Part shown: positions 45,088 to 54,822 of the stretch, piece after piece | Position numbering within the stretch: the first letter of the stretch is position 1 | How the letters are laid out: each line of letters begins with the position of its first letter | Translations under genes and position numbers: made by a program | IMG/VR virus record: IMGVR_UViG_3300029220_000112 | Source: a virus | DNA length: 64,000 nt | Direction: 5' to 3' (one strand) | The notes under the pieces: model-generated | Database searches by the model: none | What the model saw: only the letters and a program-made list of their open reading frames with translations | What the model was told of the DNA's origin: nothing

Positions 45088-45358
45088 TGTGGTAAAAGAA
45101 AGAGTGATTGAAGAATTAAAAAAGCAGGGCATAGATGTGTACTTCATCGACTTCTATGTTGACGACGGCGGCGAGCCGTATTTTGTTTACACCTTCGACG
45201 AGTTGATGATAGAAGAAGCGACTGAGTATTATAAAAACAATTGGATAATCGAAGGTGCGTTTGACGATTGGTCTTTTTGGTATGCAGATGAACCGGACGA
45301 TTGGCTTGTCGCAGATATATGTGACACAATCAAACGCAGAATAGGAGGTGAAGAATAA
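45074..45358 (+). CDS. hypothetical acidic small protein
   Basis: Overlap-coupled ORF. Confidence 0.4.
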   Translation: MTDINVVKERVIEELKKQGIDVYFIDFYVDDGGEPYFVYTFDELMIEEATEYYKNNWIIEGAFDDWSFWYADEPDDWLVADICDTIKRRIGGEE

Positions 45359-45780
45359 TGCGTGAGATACTTTTTCGCGGCAAGCGAACAGATAACGGTG
45401 AGTGGGTTGAGGGATATTATTATAAAGCTAAATATTGCAGAACTGATGACAAGCTTTGTGATTATATTACTATTCCGCACCCAAAAGAATACAACGAGCC
45501 GAGTTCGCACTATATTGTAAACGCTGAAACCGTAGGACAGTACACAGGCCTCAAAGATAAAAACGGCACAAAAATTTTTGAGGGCGATATAGTCGATGTC
45601 TTATACGATGTCAACTATATTGGTGTTGCGACAGAGCGAATAGGCGTTTTTGAGGTCGTTCATAACGGGTGTTTCATGGGACAAAAGGGCGGTGTGCGAT
45701 ATTATTTTATCCCGTCCGACGAATGTACGGTCATCGGCAATATCTACGATAATAAGTTGGAGGATTTTAACAATGGCTGA
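45358..45780 (+). CDS. YopX-domain phage protein
   Basis: YIVNAETVGQYTGLKDKNGTKIFEGDIV matches the YopX family consensus. Confidence 0.6.
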   Translation: MREILFRGKRTDNGEWVEGYYYKAKYCRTDDKLCDYITIPHPKEYNEPSSHYIVNAETVGQYTGLKDKNGTKIFEGDIVDVLYDVNYIGVATERIGVFEVVHNGCFMGQKGGVRYYFIPSDECTVIGNIYDNKLEDFNNG

Positions 45781-46132
45781 TGCAGACAGAGAACGACTGA
45801 TTAATTTGATGATTGAAGCTGAAAGAACAGACCCCGAAACAGAAAGTTTTACCGATTACCTTGTAGACTATCTTCTTGAACACGGTGTTGTCATGCTGCC
45901 GTGCAAGGTGGGAGATAGGCTTTACGAAGTAACGGGTCGAAAAACGGTCAGTGTGTATAAAGTTAGAGCCATCCGCGTGGAATTGTTCAGCTTGTTCATT
46001 GAGTGGGACATTGTAGAAGGGTTCGCTTGGCAATCACTGTCAGATATAAACGCCGGTGAAATCGGCAAAACCGTATTTCTCACCCGTGAAGAGGCAGAAC
46101 GAGCATTAAAGGAGCGTGAAGACAATGGCTGA
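45773..46132 (+). CDS. hypothetical protein
   Basis: TTGGAGGATTTTAACA then ATG, overlapping the YopX stop. Confidence 0.4.
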   Translation: MADADRERLINLMIEAERTDPETESFTDYLVDYLLEHGVVMLPCKVGDRLYEVTGRKTVSVYKVRAIRVELFSLFIEWDIVEGFAWQSLSDINAGEIGKTVFLTREEAERALKEREDNG

Positions 46133-46553
46133 ATACATAGAGCGTGAGGCCGTGATTGATGAAATTGAAGGCGCAACTTGGTATCACATAAGTTGTCAAA
46201 AAAAATTAGTTGAAGGAGCTGCGTGTGAAGCTGATGCACTTTATAAAGCCACAGACATTTACAATGTTATAAAGTCAGCTCCCGCCGTAGATGTACAAGA
46301 GATTAAACACGGTGAATGGATTGAGGATAGCTATTACGATATTCCTTGCGTATGTTCATGTTGCGGAGCGGAAGCGCAATATACAAGCACCTTTAAAGAA
46401 ACATTTGACTATGATTGGGAAGAAAACTTATGCCCTACAGGGTACGAAGAAATAAGAGAATATATTAGAACGCCGTTTTGTTCTAATTGCGGCGCGAAAA
46501 TGGACGGAGGTACGAATGATGATAGCAAAAAAAGCGTTAGAGCTTCTGAATGA
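46125..46553 (+). CDS. hypothetical zinc-ribbon protein
   Basis: AAAGGAG-10 nt-ATG. CVCSCCG...CSNCG. Confidence 0.45.
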   Translation: MAEYIEREAVIDEIEGATWYHISCQKKLVEGAACEADALYKATDIYNVIKSAPAVDVQEIKHGEWIEDSYYDIPCVCSCCGAEAQYTSTFKETFDYDWEENLCPTGYEEIREYIRTPFCSNCGAKMDGGTNDDSKKSVRASE

Positions 46554-46860
46554 TGTAGAATTTTCCGAAAAGTATCAAGGCGTACAAGAATATACAGAAA
46601 TGCTTATTGTGTGCAAAGAAGCCCTCGAAAAGCAGATACCGAGAAAGTGTCGCATTAAGAGCACCGCAAAGTTACAAACTTTTTATTGCCCTACTTGCGA
46701 ACAGGTTATTGTATCAAGGATTGAAAATGAGTGGTTAGCAGGGCGATTACAGAAATATTGTGATAGTTGCGGACAGGCGTTAATTTGGGGTGATTATGAA
46801 ACTCCTGACCCTGATGATTATCGCAGCTGCGGAGAATTGAAGGAGGGTGAGACGGAATGA
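46516..46860 (+). CDS. hypothetical zinc-ribbon protein (paralog module of 44305-44862)
   Basis: EALEKQIPRKC...CPTCEQ...CDSCGQ. Confidence 0.45.
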   Translation: MMIAKKALELLNDVEFSEKYQGVQEYTEMLIVCKEALEKQIPRKCRIKSTAKLQTFYCPTCEQVIVSRIENEWLAGRLQKYCDSCGQALIWGDYETPDPDDYRSCGELKEGETE

Positions 46861-47016
46861 AAGCAGAGAACAGAATAAGATTCGAAAGGATAACAGGTCA
46901 GATTGAAGGTTTGTCCTTTTGCATTGAAAACAAGGAAATATCAGGAGCACTGCTTGACATAGCCGAAACGATCGACAGCGTTATCAAAAGCGAAAGTGAG
47001 GACGGAGGGAATAACA

Positions 47017-47301
47017 ATGGCTAATGCAGATAGATGTGTATGTTGCGGAGAAATAGTCCCCGAAGGTCGGCAGATTTGCCCGTCGTGTACGGCAGCATAC
47101 ATAATGACGAGAGATATGGGTAACGGAAGGAATCCCGACAGAATAGACGGCTTTCTTGAAACGCTTGGTCGGGCGTGGAAGAGTGTTCCCGATTGGAGGT
47201 TCTTTCAGCTGATATGCAACATCCAAAGAGCAATGCACTCTGATGGATTTTATTTAGAGGACGGTGACTCCGAGCAGTTTATTAAGGAGATGTTTAAGTG
47301 A
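47017..47301 (+). CDS. hypothetical zinc-ribbon protein
   Basis: GGAGGGAATAACA then ATG. CVCCGEIVPEGRQICPSC. Confidence 0.45.
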   Translation: MANADRCVCCGEIVPEGRQICPSCTAAYIMTRDMGNGRNPDRIDGFLETLGRAWKSVPDWRFFQLICNIQRAMHSDGFYLEDGDSEQFIKEMFK

Positions 47302-47498
47302 AAAAAGAGTTTAATGAGTGCGTTGGATGTCCGCCCGAACTTGGGTGCTTCGGTGACTCGTGTCCACATAGGCGTGTTACTCGATACTTCTGCGACAAGT
47401 GCGGTGAAGAGGAGACGCTTTATTATGTGGACGGCGACGAGCTGTGTGCAGAGTGTGTACTGGACGGGCTTGATATTGTCGAGGGTTCGGACGAATAG
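47298..47498 (+). CDS. hypothetical zinc-ribbon protein
   Basis: CVGCPP...CDKCGEE...CAEC. Confidence 0.45.
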   Translation: MKKEFNECVGCPPELGCFGDSCPHRRVTRYFCDKCGEEETLYYVDGDELCAECVLDGLDIVEGSDE

Positions 47499-47514
47499 AG
47501 AGGAGAGAGATTAA

Positions 47515-47865
47515 ATGGGCAGAATTGAAAATGCAATAATAACCGGCACGATGCTGGGGCGAGAAGACCACGGGATACTGATATGGACAATATATATGGA
47601 GTCCAGATGTTGTGTTTGGGGCGTCGGCGGATATGCGTTGGATGGTTATGATCGAGAGACTAAAAAGAGGGTCTTTAGCGCCAAGTCTATGGAGTCTATT
47701 TCTGAAGTATTAAGGGTAGTCGGCGTAGATAAATGGGAAGATCTTCCGGGCAAATATGTTCGATATGAAGATAATGGGATGGGTTCTTCGGTGACAAAAA
47801 TCGGAAACATCATCTCAGACAAGTGGTTTGATATAGCTGGCTTTTTTAAGGGGGATAGCGAATGA
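47515..47865 (+). CDS. hypothetical protein
   Basis: GAGGAGAGAGATTAA then ATG. Confidence 0.45.
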   Translation: MGRIENAIITGTMLGREDHGILIWTIYMESRCCVWGVGGYALDGYDRETKKRVFSAKSMESISEVLRVVGVDKWEDLPGKYVRYEDNGMGSSVTKIGNIISDKWFDIAGFFKGDSE

Positions 47866-48587
47866 TAAAAATTGAAAATGTTGATGTGTATGGATTTGAA
47901 GCATCCATTAGAGGTATGAGGTCGCCAATGAACTCTTGGGATAAGAGTGACAGTGGCTGGGTTTCGCCTCGTGCGAGTAATCTTTTTCCGACAATTTATG
48001 TCGTGGGGTCTAAAGATTTAGATCTCATGACTCGTCTCCGTAATGCCGGTACTGACCATCGTAAGTTTATGAGAATGGTTACGGTATATGTGGATGTTAC
48101 AGCTCCACTCTACTGGTGGAAGGAATTTGATACTTACAAGGTGGGTACGGTTGCTAATTCATGTTCTACCATGCACAAGATTCATGCAAAAGAGTTTACG
48201 CTGGAGGATTTTTCACAAGAACACCTATTAGATGGAAGAGGACTTAAAGTTTCTCATGAGGATAATTGTACGCCCGATGAATCAGATTCCGGCTTTAGAC
48301 TATCAGGGAAAGAGCTTCTTAAAACCACCGTTAATACTTTAAATTATTATCGAAGAATTTTTCTTGAAACCAAAGATAAAAAATACTGGTGGCAACTTAT
48401 TCAGCTTCTTCCGTCCTCTTACAACCAGCGCCGCACTGTAATGCTAAACTACGAAGTGCTCGCCAACATATACAAGTCTCGGAAAGGGCATCGTTTGGAC
48501 GAATGGCGTACATTCTGCGATTGGATTGAGGGGTTGCCTTATAGTGAACTGATTACTGGGAAGGAGAAGAATGATGAAAGTATCTGA
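47862..48587 (+). CDS. hypothetical protein (241 aa)
   Basis: Overlap-coupled ORF. No diagnostic motif. Confidence 0.5.
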   Translation: MIKIENVDVYGFEASIRGMRSPMNSWDKSDSGWVSPRASNLFPTIYVVGSKDLDLMTRLRNAGTDHRKFMRMVTVYVDVTAPLYWWKEFDTYKVGTVANSCSTMHKIHAKEFTLEDFSQEHLLDGRGLKVSHEDNCTPDESDSGFRLSGKELLKTTVNTLNYYRRIFLETKDKKYWWQLIQLLPSSYNQRRTVMLNYEVLANIYKSRKGHRLDEWRTFCDWIEGLPYSELITGKEKNDESI

Positions 48588-48745
48588 AATTTGCAAAATT
48601 GTGAATGATTGTGATAGACTTCATGATATTTTGCGCCAAAAAGAGCATAAGCTAATTAGCTCAGAAATTCAGGAAATTCGCAATTTGTTATGGGGTTACA
48701 GAGAAGAACTTATGAAAAAAGAAGTTAAATAAGGAAAGAAGAAAA

Positions 48746-48958
48746 ATGCTGAAAGCCATATGTGATATTTGTGGAATAAGACCTGCTGATAACCATTTTA
48801 AGGTTAAAAAAGAGATAGAAACTGCATTTATTGATATGGGAATCGTATTTCCAAAAAAGGAATGGATTAATGTTGATATTTGTAAAGAGTGTTATCAGAA
48901 ACTACTTTTCAAATCATCAGTAAAGGAGAAAGTAAATGATAAATATGACAATTGCTGA
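48746..48958 (+). CDS. hypothetical small Cys protein
   Basis: AAGGAAAGAAGAAAA then ATG. Confidence 0.4.
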   Translation: MLKAICDICGIRPADNHFKVKKEIETAFIDMGIVFPKKEWINVDICKECYQKLLFKSSVKEKVNDKYDNC

Positions 48959-49083
48959 GCTGAAGAGGCTCATATCAGATCTTCCTGATAATATGCCGGT
49001 AATTATACCAGTTTGGGAGATGCGCTACAATAATGCAAGCAATAGTCTTGTTCATAATGCGGGCGAGGACGAGGAGGACTAAT

Positions 49084-49536
49084 ATGGACGCAGTAGATTA
49101 CCTTAAGACAAAAGAACGAATGTGTGGACAGTCATCTGGTTGCTCCATGTGTACGCTTGCTATGGGCGAACCCTTTGGCTGTGAGACCGTTGAATCTCAG
49201 CACCCCGAAGAGGCTGTAGAGATGGTTGAGAAGTGGGGTGTGGAACATCCGGTAGAAACATACATGAGTGACTTCCTCAAGAAGTTCCCGAACGCGATAT
49301 TTAACAATGATGGCTACCCCTCTGATTGCGTGAGATACCTTTACGGCAACGACCATACTCCACTTGGCGACCGTGGGTGCGCTGGTGTTTCTTGCTCAAC
49401 TTGTTGGAATAGACCCATAAAGAAAGAGAAGTGTGGATATTATAAGGCTAAACACGGAACAAAAGTGTGCATCGGTCAAAAGGGTGAGCCGTCGTGTAAG
49501 TGTGGCGGCGACGTGAATTGCTGTGAGAGAGACTAA
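49084..49536 (+). CDS. hypothetical Cys-rich protein, paralog of 30351-30719
   Basis: GAGGAGGACTAAT then ATG. EHPVETYMSDFLKKFP...CSTCWNRP. Confidence 0.5.
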   Translation: MDAVDYLKTKERMCGQSSGCSMCTLAMGEPFGCETVESQHPEEAVEMVEKWGVEHPVETYMSDFLKKFPNAIFNNDGYPSDCVRYLYGNDHTPLGDRGCAGVSCSTCWNRPIKKEKCGYYKAKHGTKVCIGQKGEPSCKCGGDVNCCERD

Positions 49537-49549
49537 AAGGAGAAGATAA

Positions 49550-49897
49550 ATGGGTTATTACTTTAACAGAGAAGATATTTTAAATGGCGCAAAAGACTGC
49601 GTTTGCAGGAGCAGGGAGGCGGAATACAGCTCGCCTGAGAACAGCTTTACCGCGATAGCAAATTTGTGGACGAGCTATCTCGATGCGGCGTTCCCGGACG
49701 AAAAGGTTTTGCTGACCTGCAAGGATGTCGCCGCCATGATGGTGCTTTTTAAAATGGCAAGGGTGGCGACCGGTAGAGGCAAGGCTGATAACTGGATAGA
49801 CGCGGCGGGGTATGCGGCGTGTGGTGGTGAGACCGAGAAGATAATTCGCCCCGACACAGAAGTCTCGAAGGACACTGACTGTGGGATGGTTGTATGA
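49550..49897 (+). CDS. conserved phage protein (unassigned)
   Basis: AAGGAGAAGATAA then ATG. ANLWTSYLDAAFPDEKVLLTCKDVAAMMVLFKMARVATGRGKADNWIDAAGYAACGGE. Confidence 0.45.
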   Translation: MGYYFNREDILNGAKDCVCRSREAEYSSPENSFTAIANLWTSYLDAAFPDEKVLLTCKDVAAMMVLFKMARVATGRGKADNWIDAAGYAACGGETEKIIRPDTEVSKDTDCGMVV

Positions 49898-50226
49898 GAA
49901 AGAAAGAGCTAAAACGGGAGCTAAATTCTCTACGCACCGACCTCGAAGCCGCTAAGAGCAATGCTGATTTTTGGAAGGGATATACGAAGTTCAGTCAAGA
50001 AAAATTAGAAGATAACAAACAACTCCGTGAGGAGAACTTAAGACTAAACAAGCTGCTCGCAGAGGTGACAAGTGACCTTAACGCACTTCGCCGAAGTAGT
50101 GGATTCGCTCATGCTTACTGCGCTTACGATGAGTGGTTAGACAAAGAATACTGTGACCGTTGCAGAGAGAACGGATATAACGATTGGAAATGGAGAGGAG
50201 TTTTAAAAAATGAAGAGAATCATTGA
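49894..50226 (+). CDS. hypothetical coiled-coil protein
   Basis: Coupled ORF. Confidence 0.4.
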   Translation: MRKKELKRELNSLRTDLEAAKSNADFWKGYTKFSQEKLEDNKQLREENLRLNKLLAEVTSDLNALRRSSGFAHAYCAYDEWLDKEYCDRCRENGYNDWKWRGVLKNEENH

Positions 50227-50638
50227 CGAGATGTTTGACTGGATTACAGCGATAGATGAGGCGATAGAAATAACTGCCAAAAATGAGGCTCATAGCGACC
50301 ACAAGGGTGACGAGCCACAGATACGTACGTGTCCCGCAGACTGTAAGGGAATGCCCAACGCCAACTGGCACTCAATAAAAAAAGTCAGCGACCTGCCCGA
50401 GTACAGTGGTAAATTTATCGTGACGATTGAGGAGCTTTTCTATTCAATCAATTGTATGCACTCAAGACCCCGCAACGAGAGAGCGACCGTTGCAGCGTGG
50501 TACGACGCCGACTCGATGACTTGGGAGATTGACGGCGTGGACGAACCTATAGACGCAGTTGAGGGTGGAAGTATTGACGGTGTGCTCACCTTTGTGGTGG
50601 CGTGGCAGATACTTCCTGAGCCTTACGAGGAGGACTGA
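50210..50638 (+). CDS. hypothetical protein
   Basis: Overlap-coupled ORF. Confidence 0.4.
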   Translation: MKRIIDEMFDWITAIDEAIEITAKNEAHSDHKGDEPQIRTCPADCKGMPNANWHSIKKVSDLPEYSGKFIVTIEELFYSINCMHSRPRNERATVAAWYDADSMTWEIDGVDEPIDAVEGGSIDGVLTFVVAWQILPEPYEED

Positions 50639-50642
50639 TAGG

Positions 50643-50855
50643 ATGATTAATATTCTTAGAAATGGAGCAAGCAAAACACTTGAGTTTAAGTGTTCGACCT
50701 GCGGGTGCGTTTTCGAAGCAGACATAAATAGCTATGTTCTGACGGGAGAGGAGATTGTTCGTGAGTCATACGACGGGGCGCACAAAGTTGTTGTGTATGC
50801 ACCTTATACAATGTCAAAATGCCCGTGCTGCGGACGAGTAGCATACGAGGCTTAA
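50643..50855 (+). CDS. hypothetical zinc-ribbon protein
   Basis: GAGGAGGACTGATAGG then ATG. CSTCGC...CPCCG. Confidence 0.45.
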   Translation: MINILRNGASKTLEFKCSTCGCVFEADINSYVLTGEEIVRESYDGAHKVVVYAPYTMSKCPCCGRVAYEA

Positions 50856-50881
50856 CTTATATATACGGAGGTTTACAAAAC

Positions 50882-51085
50882 ATGAAAGTAATACTGTATA
50901 CGACGCATTGCCCTAAATGCAATGTACTGACGACCAAACTGAAATCGAAGGGAGTGGACTACGAAGAAATTACCGATGTGGATGTTATGAGAGACAAGGG
51001 TTTTATGTCGGCTCCTATGCTTGAGGTTGACGGAAAGACAATGACTTTCGTCGAAGCAATTAAATGGATTAACGAGGTGATGTGA
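50882..51085 (+). CDS. nrdH: NrdH-like glutaredoxin
   Basis: VILYTTHCPKCNVL...GVDYEEI. Sits immediately upstream of nrdD. Confidence 0.7.
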   Translation: MKVILYTTHCPKCNVLTTKLKSKGVDYEEITDVDVMRDKGFMSAPMLEVDGKTMTFVEAIKWINEVM

Positions 51086-51086
51086 T

Positions 51087-52919
51087 ATGGGAAAATACAA
51101 TAACTACGAAAAGTATGCGAAGTATATTAACTTTATAAATAGATATAAAGGAGCTACAAACGCTTCGACTGGAAGCGAAGTAGACTCTAATGCAAATGTG
51201 GAAAGTAAAAATGTCGCCACTATGCAGGGCGAACTAAGCAAAAAAGACATAATCGGAACCAACAGGCTTCTGATGATAAATAAACTGACTTCTATGTACG
51301 ATAAAGAACTCGCGGAAGAATATATCCGACAGCTCGAAAGTCATGAGATATATAAACACGACGAGACAAGTATAATGCCGTACTGCGTGTCTATCACTAT
51401 GTACCCATTCCTTTTTGAGGGGCTTAAGTCAATCGGCGGACTTTCGGATCCGCCCCGCAATCTTGATTCGTTTTGTGGCTCATTTATTAACCTCGTTTTC
51501 GCTATAGCGTCTCAGTTCGCGGGAGCTGTTTCAACCCCGGAGTTTCTAACATATCTTGACTACTTTATCAGAAAAGAGTATGGAGATGATTATTATCGTC
51601 ATGCGGATAAAATTGTCACGACTGGGAGTAGGGAGAAGAGTATAAGCAAGGTTATAGAGGATAAATTTAGTCAGGTTGTCTATTCTTTAAATCAGCCCGC
51701 GGCAGCGAGAAACTTTCAGTCAGTATTTTGGAACATCGCCTATTTCGATCACAATTATTTTAATGGCATTTTTCATGACTTCATTTTCCCGGACGAGACT
51801 GAGCCTAAGTGGGAGAGCGTTAGCTGGCTACAGAAGAGGTTTATGAAATGGTTTAATGCTGAGAGACTTAAGAAGCCGCTCACATTCCCGGTTGAAACAG
51901 TAAACCTTCTTGATGATGGAAGTGCTTATACCGATAAAGAGTGGTTCGACTTTGTGGCTGAAATGTACGCGGAGGGGCACTCGTTCTTTGTATATCGTAG
52001 CGGTAGTGTTGATTCGCTCTCGTCATGTTGCCGGGTTCGCAATGAGCTACAGGATAACACCTTCTCCTTTACGCTCGGTGCAGGTGGTGTGTCTACGGGG
52101 TCAAAGGGCGTTATAACTATCAATATTAACAGACTCGTGCAGAACGCGACCAAGCAGGGTATTGATCTTTCGGAAGCAGTAACAACTCAGGTAGAAAAAA
52201 TTCACTGCTACTTAAAGGCGTTTAATGAGATTATGAAAGATAATTTCAAAGCAAAGTTGCTTCCTGTCTACGACGCGGGGTATATTTCGTTGGACAAACA
52301 GTTTTTAACCATAGGCATTAATGGATTTGTTGAAGGAGCAGAGTTTTTAGGCATAGAAATTAGTCCAAACGATAGGTATTTTGAGTATGGCGAAAAGATT
52401 CTGAAGCCTATATATGATAGCAACAAGAAAGAAAGAACTGATGAATTGATGTGGAATACAGAATTTGTACCAGCGGAAAACTTAGGAGTTAAAAATGCCA
52501 AGTGGGATAGGGCGGACGGACTGTTTGTTCCCCGTGATTGTTACAATAGTTACTTTTATATAGTAGAGGACGAAGCTACGAATACTGTTGACAAGTTTAT
52601 ACTGCATGGTAGCAAACTCACAAAATATTTGGACGGCGGGTCAGCACTTCATGCTAACTTGAACGAACATTTAACTAAGGAGCAGTATAAAACTCTACTG
52701 TTGGATGCCGTTAAAACCGGTTGCTCATACTTCACTTTTAACATTCCTAATACAATATGTAATGTGTGTGGGCATATCAGCAAACGCCGTCTGGATCATT
52801 GCGTAGAGTGCGGAAGTCATGACGTAGACTATTTGACTCGTGTCATAGGCTATCTTAAGAGAGTGTCTGCCTTTTCAGAGGAGAGACAAAAAGAGGCGGC
52901 AAAAAGATACTATGAATAA
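51087..52919 (+). CDS. nrdD: anaerobic ribonucleoside-triphosphate reductase
   Basis: C-terminal Zn site CNVCGH...CVECGS and glycyl-radical motif RVIGYL. 610 aa. Confidence 0.85.
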   Translation: MGKYNNYEKYAKYINFINRYKGATNASTGSEVDSNANVESKNVATMQGELSKKDIIGTNRLLMINKLTSMYDKELAEEYIRQLESHEIYKHDETSIMPYCVSITMYPFLFEGLKSIGGLSDPPRNLDSFCGSFINLVFAIASQFAGAVSTPEFLTYLDYFIRKEYGDDYYRHADKIVTTGSREKSISKVIEDKFSQVVYSLNQPAAARNFQSVFWNIAYFDHNYFNGIFHDFIFPDETEPKWESVSWLQKRFMKWFNAERLKKPLTFPVETVNLLDDGSAYTDKEWFDFVAEMYAEGHSFFVYRSGSVDSLSSCCRVRNELQDNTFSFTLGAGGVSTGSKGVITININRLVQNATKQGIDLSEAVTTQVEKIHCYLKAFNEIMKDNFKAKLLPVYDAGYISLDKQFLTIGINGFVEGAEFLGIEISPNDRYFEYGEKILKPIYDSNKKERTDELMWNTEFVPAENLGVKNAKWDRADGLFVPRDCYNSYFYIVEDEATNTVDKFILHGSKLTKYLDGGSALHANLNEHLTKEQYKTLLLDAVKTGCSYFTFNIPNTICNVCGHISKRRLDHCVECGSHDVDYLTRVIGYLKRVSAFSEERQKEAAKRYYE

Positions 52920-53400
52920 ACTCAAATATATCGGTTATACGATAGTGTTTCAAGAAGTCCCCGACGAGGTAACGCTCGCCGTCAATATAAGTGGTTGCCC
53001 TCACAGATGTGAGGGCTGCCACAGCGAGTACCTGTGGGAGTATAAAGGAAGATATCTTTCCGACGACATCGCCCACTTAATACAAATGTACGAGGACTTA
53101 ATTACTTGCGTCTGCTTTATGGGAGGGGAACAAAACCCAGAGGATTTGGTAAAGTGTCTGCTTATTGCAAAAAGTCAGAATCTAAAAACCTGTGTATATA
53201 GTGGTTGTGATGACATAAAAGTTTTATCACAAAACGGCATCACCCAATATTGTGATTACATAAAAATAGGGCATTACGACAAGAAGCTTGGAGGATTATC
53301 TTCTTCTTCAACTAATCAAAGGTTTTATGCCTTGTCCTCAGATGGATTTATAGATAAGACCTCTCTTTTTAGAAAGGGGGTAAGACCATCTCTCGCTTAA
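52912..53400 (+). CDS. nrdG: anaerobic RNR activating enzyme (radical SAM)
   Basis: CPHRCEGCHS (CxxxCxxC) near the N-terminus. Overlaps the nrdD stop. Confidence 0.85.
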   Translation: MNKLKYIGYTIVFQEVPDEVTLAVNISGCPHRCEGCHSEYLWEYKGRYLSDDIAHLIQMYEDLITCVCFMGGEQNPEDLVKCLLIAKSQNLKTCVYSGCDDIKVLSQNGITQYCDYIKIGHYDKKLGGLSSSSTNQRFYALSSDGFIDKTSLFRKGVRPSLA

Positions 53401-54116
53401 ATCTTACCGGCAGAAGGTTCGGAAAATTAGAAGTAAAAGGTTTAGCATACATCCGCAACAACTCAACTTATTGGAGATGTGTTTGCGATTGCAATCTAAA
53501 TAAAGAGGTTGTTGTTCGCGGGAAATATTTAACTAATGGCGACACGAAATCTTGTGGGTGTCTTGTAATTGAGCGAACCCGACAGACAGGGAAAAATAAT
53601 AAAAAATATAATGAATATCAGCATGATGGAGATGTCGTGCGAGTTAAGTTTTCTAATTGTGCAGAAAGTTTTGTGTGCGACAGGGATGACTGGGAAATAG
53701 CAAAAAGTATTTGCTGGTTCAAGAATAATACTGGCTATGCCAGAGGTTTGGTAAATAAAAGACAAGTGCTGTTTCATAACTATATTTTGGGGGTTGATAC
53801 GACGACTGATATAGAAGTGGATCATATAGATGGAGATAGGCTGAATAACACAAGGTCAAACTTAAGACTTTGTACAAGACGAGAAAATGCTTTCAACAAA
53901 GGAGTGTATAAGAATAATTCTTCTGGTGTGAGCGGAGTTTATTATCAAAAAAAGCCCCAGAAATGGAGCTCGTATATTAATGTGGACAAACACATGATTA
54001 ATATTGGTACTTTTAATAATTTTGAAGATGCGGTAGCGGCAAGACTTGCCGCAGAAAAATTGTATTTTGGAGAGTTCTCCCGAAGCAACAACCAGTATGC
54101 AGAGAAGATAAGTTAA
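53388..54116 (+). CDS. free-standing HNH homing endonuclease with AP2-type DNA-binding domain; start codon uncertain
   Basis: In-frame from 53373: LTGRRFGKLEV...YWRCVCDC...TKSCGC (N-terminal Zn module), DHIDGDRLNNTRSNLRLCTRRENAFNK (HNH), SGVSGVYYQKKPQKWSSYINV (AP2). No ATG/GTG/TTG precedes the conserved N-terminus; the first canonical start is GTG at 53637. Confidence 0.65.
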   Translation: MSRLNLTGRRFGKLEVKGLAYIRNNSTYWRCVCDCNLNKEVVVRGKYLTNGDTKSCGCLVIERTRQTGKNNKKYNEYQHDGDVVRVKFSNCAESFVCDRDDWEIAKSICWFKNNTGYARGLVNKRQVLFHNYILGVDTTTDIEVDHIDGDRLNNTRSNLRLCTRRENAFNKGVYKNNSSGVSGVYYQKKPQKWSSYINVDKHMINIGTFNNFEDAVAARLAAEKLYFGEFSRSNNQYAEKIS

Positions 54117-54125
54117 GGAGGTAAT

Positions 54126-54404
54126 ATGGAAGATAAACTTACTATTAAGTTTGAATTAACGGATGAGAGCGGCTTCACTTGCACGTCGTCGTCAGAATTT
54201 CAGGTATATAGCGATTTCGGAGACACGACCGTTGACTTGATAGGGCAGTACCTTAATACTTTCCTTGTGCAGTGTGGTTATCCGAGACGAGACAATATTT
54301 TTATGGAGTCTCTTACAGACGACGAACTTGAGGCGGTAGCTTACTTTCTTGAGGATTATAGACTGGCTAAAAAGAATAAGGAGAAGAATAATGAAGAAGA
54401 TTAA
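54126..54404 (+). CDS. hypothetical acidic protein
   Basis: AAGGAGGTAAT then ATG. Confidence 0.45.
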   Translation: MEDKLTIKFELTDESGFTCTSSSEFQVYSDFGDTTVDLIGQYLNTFLVQCGYPRRDNIFMESLTDDELEAVAYFLEDYRLAKKNKEKNNEED

Positions 54405-54822
54405 AATAAAGTATCATGACGCGAATATGGAGCGTCTTCAGAAAATATCACAGGGTGACTGGATAGATCTCAGAGCTGCTGAAACTGTAGAACTTAAGAG
54501 GGGAGAGTTTAAGATTATATCCCTCGGCGTGTCTATGAAGCTACCCGACGGTTACGAGGCTCATGTTGTACCGAGAAGCAGTACATACAAGAACTTTAAG
54601 GTCATACAGGCTAACAGCATGGGAATTATAGATAACAGCTACAGCGGTGACAACGATGTGTGGATGTTCCCTGCGATAGCTCTTGAAGATACAAAAATTG
54701 AAAAGGGTGATAGAATATGCCAGTTTCGCATAGTGAAGTCTATGCCTAAAGTGAGTCTCGACGAAGTAGACCATCTCGACGACCAGTCCAGAGGCGGGTT
54801 CGGTTCTACGGGAGTGAAGTAA
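54391..54822 (+). CDS. dut: dUTP diphosphatase
   Basis: Motifs [18 protein letters not shown] and C-terminal [21 protein letters not shown] then ATG. Confidence 0.85.
   Translation: MKKIKIKYHDANMERLQKISQGDWIDLRAAETVELKRGEFKIISLGVSMKLPDGYEAHVVPRSSTYKNFKVIQANSMGIIDNSYSGDNDVWMFPAIALEDTKIEKGDRICQFRIVKSMPKVSLDEVDHLDDQSRGGFGSTGVK

Noticed and set aside
47862-48587. Flavin-dependent thymidylate synthase (ThyX) call for the 241-aa protein.
   Set aside because: The N-terminal similarity is loose and the diagnostic RHR-x7-S-x-RY motif is absent.
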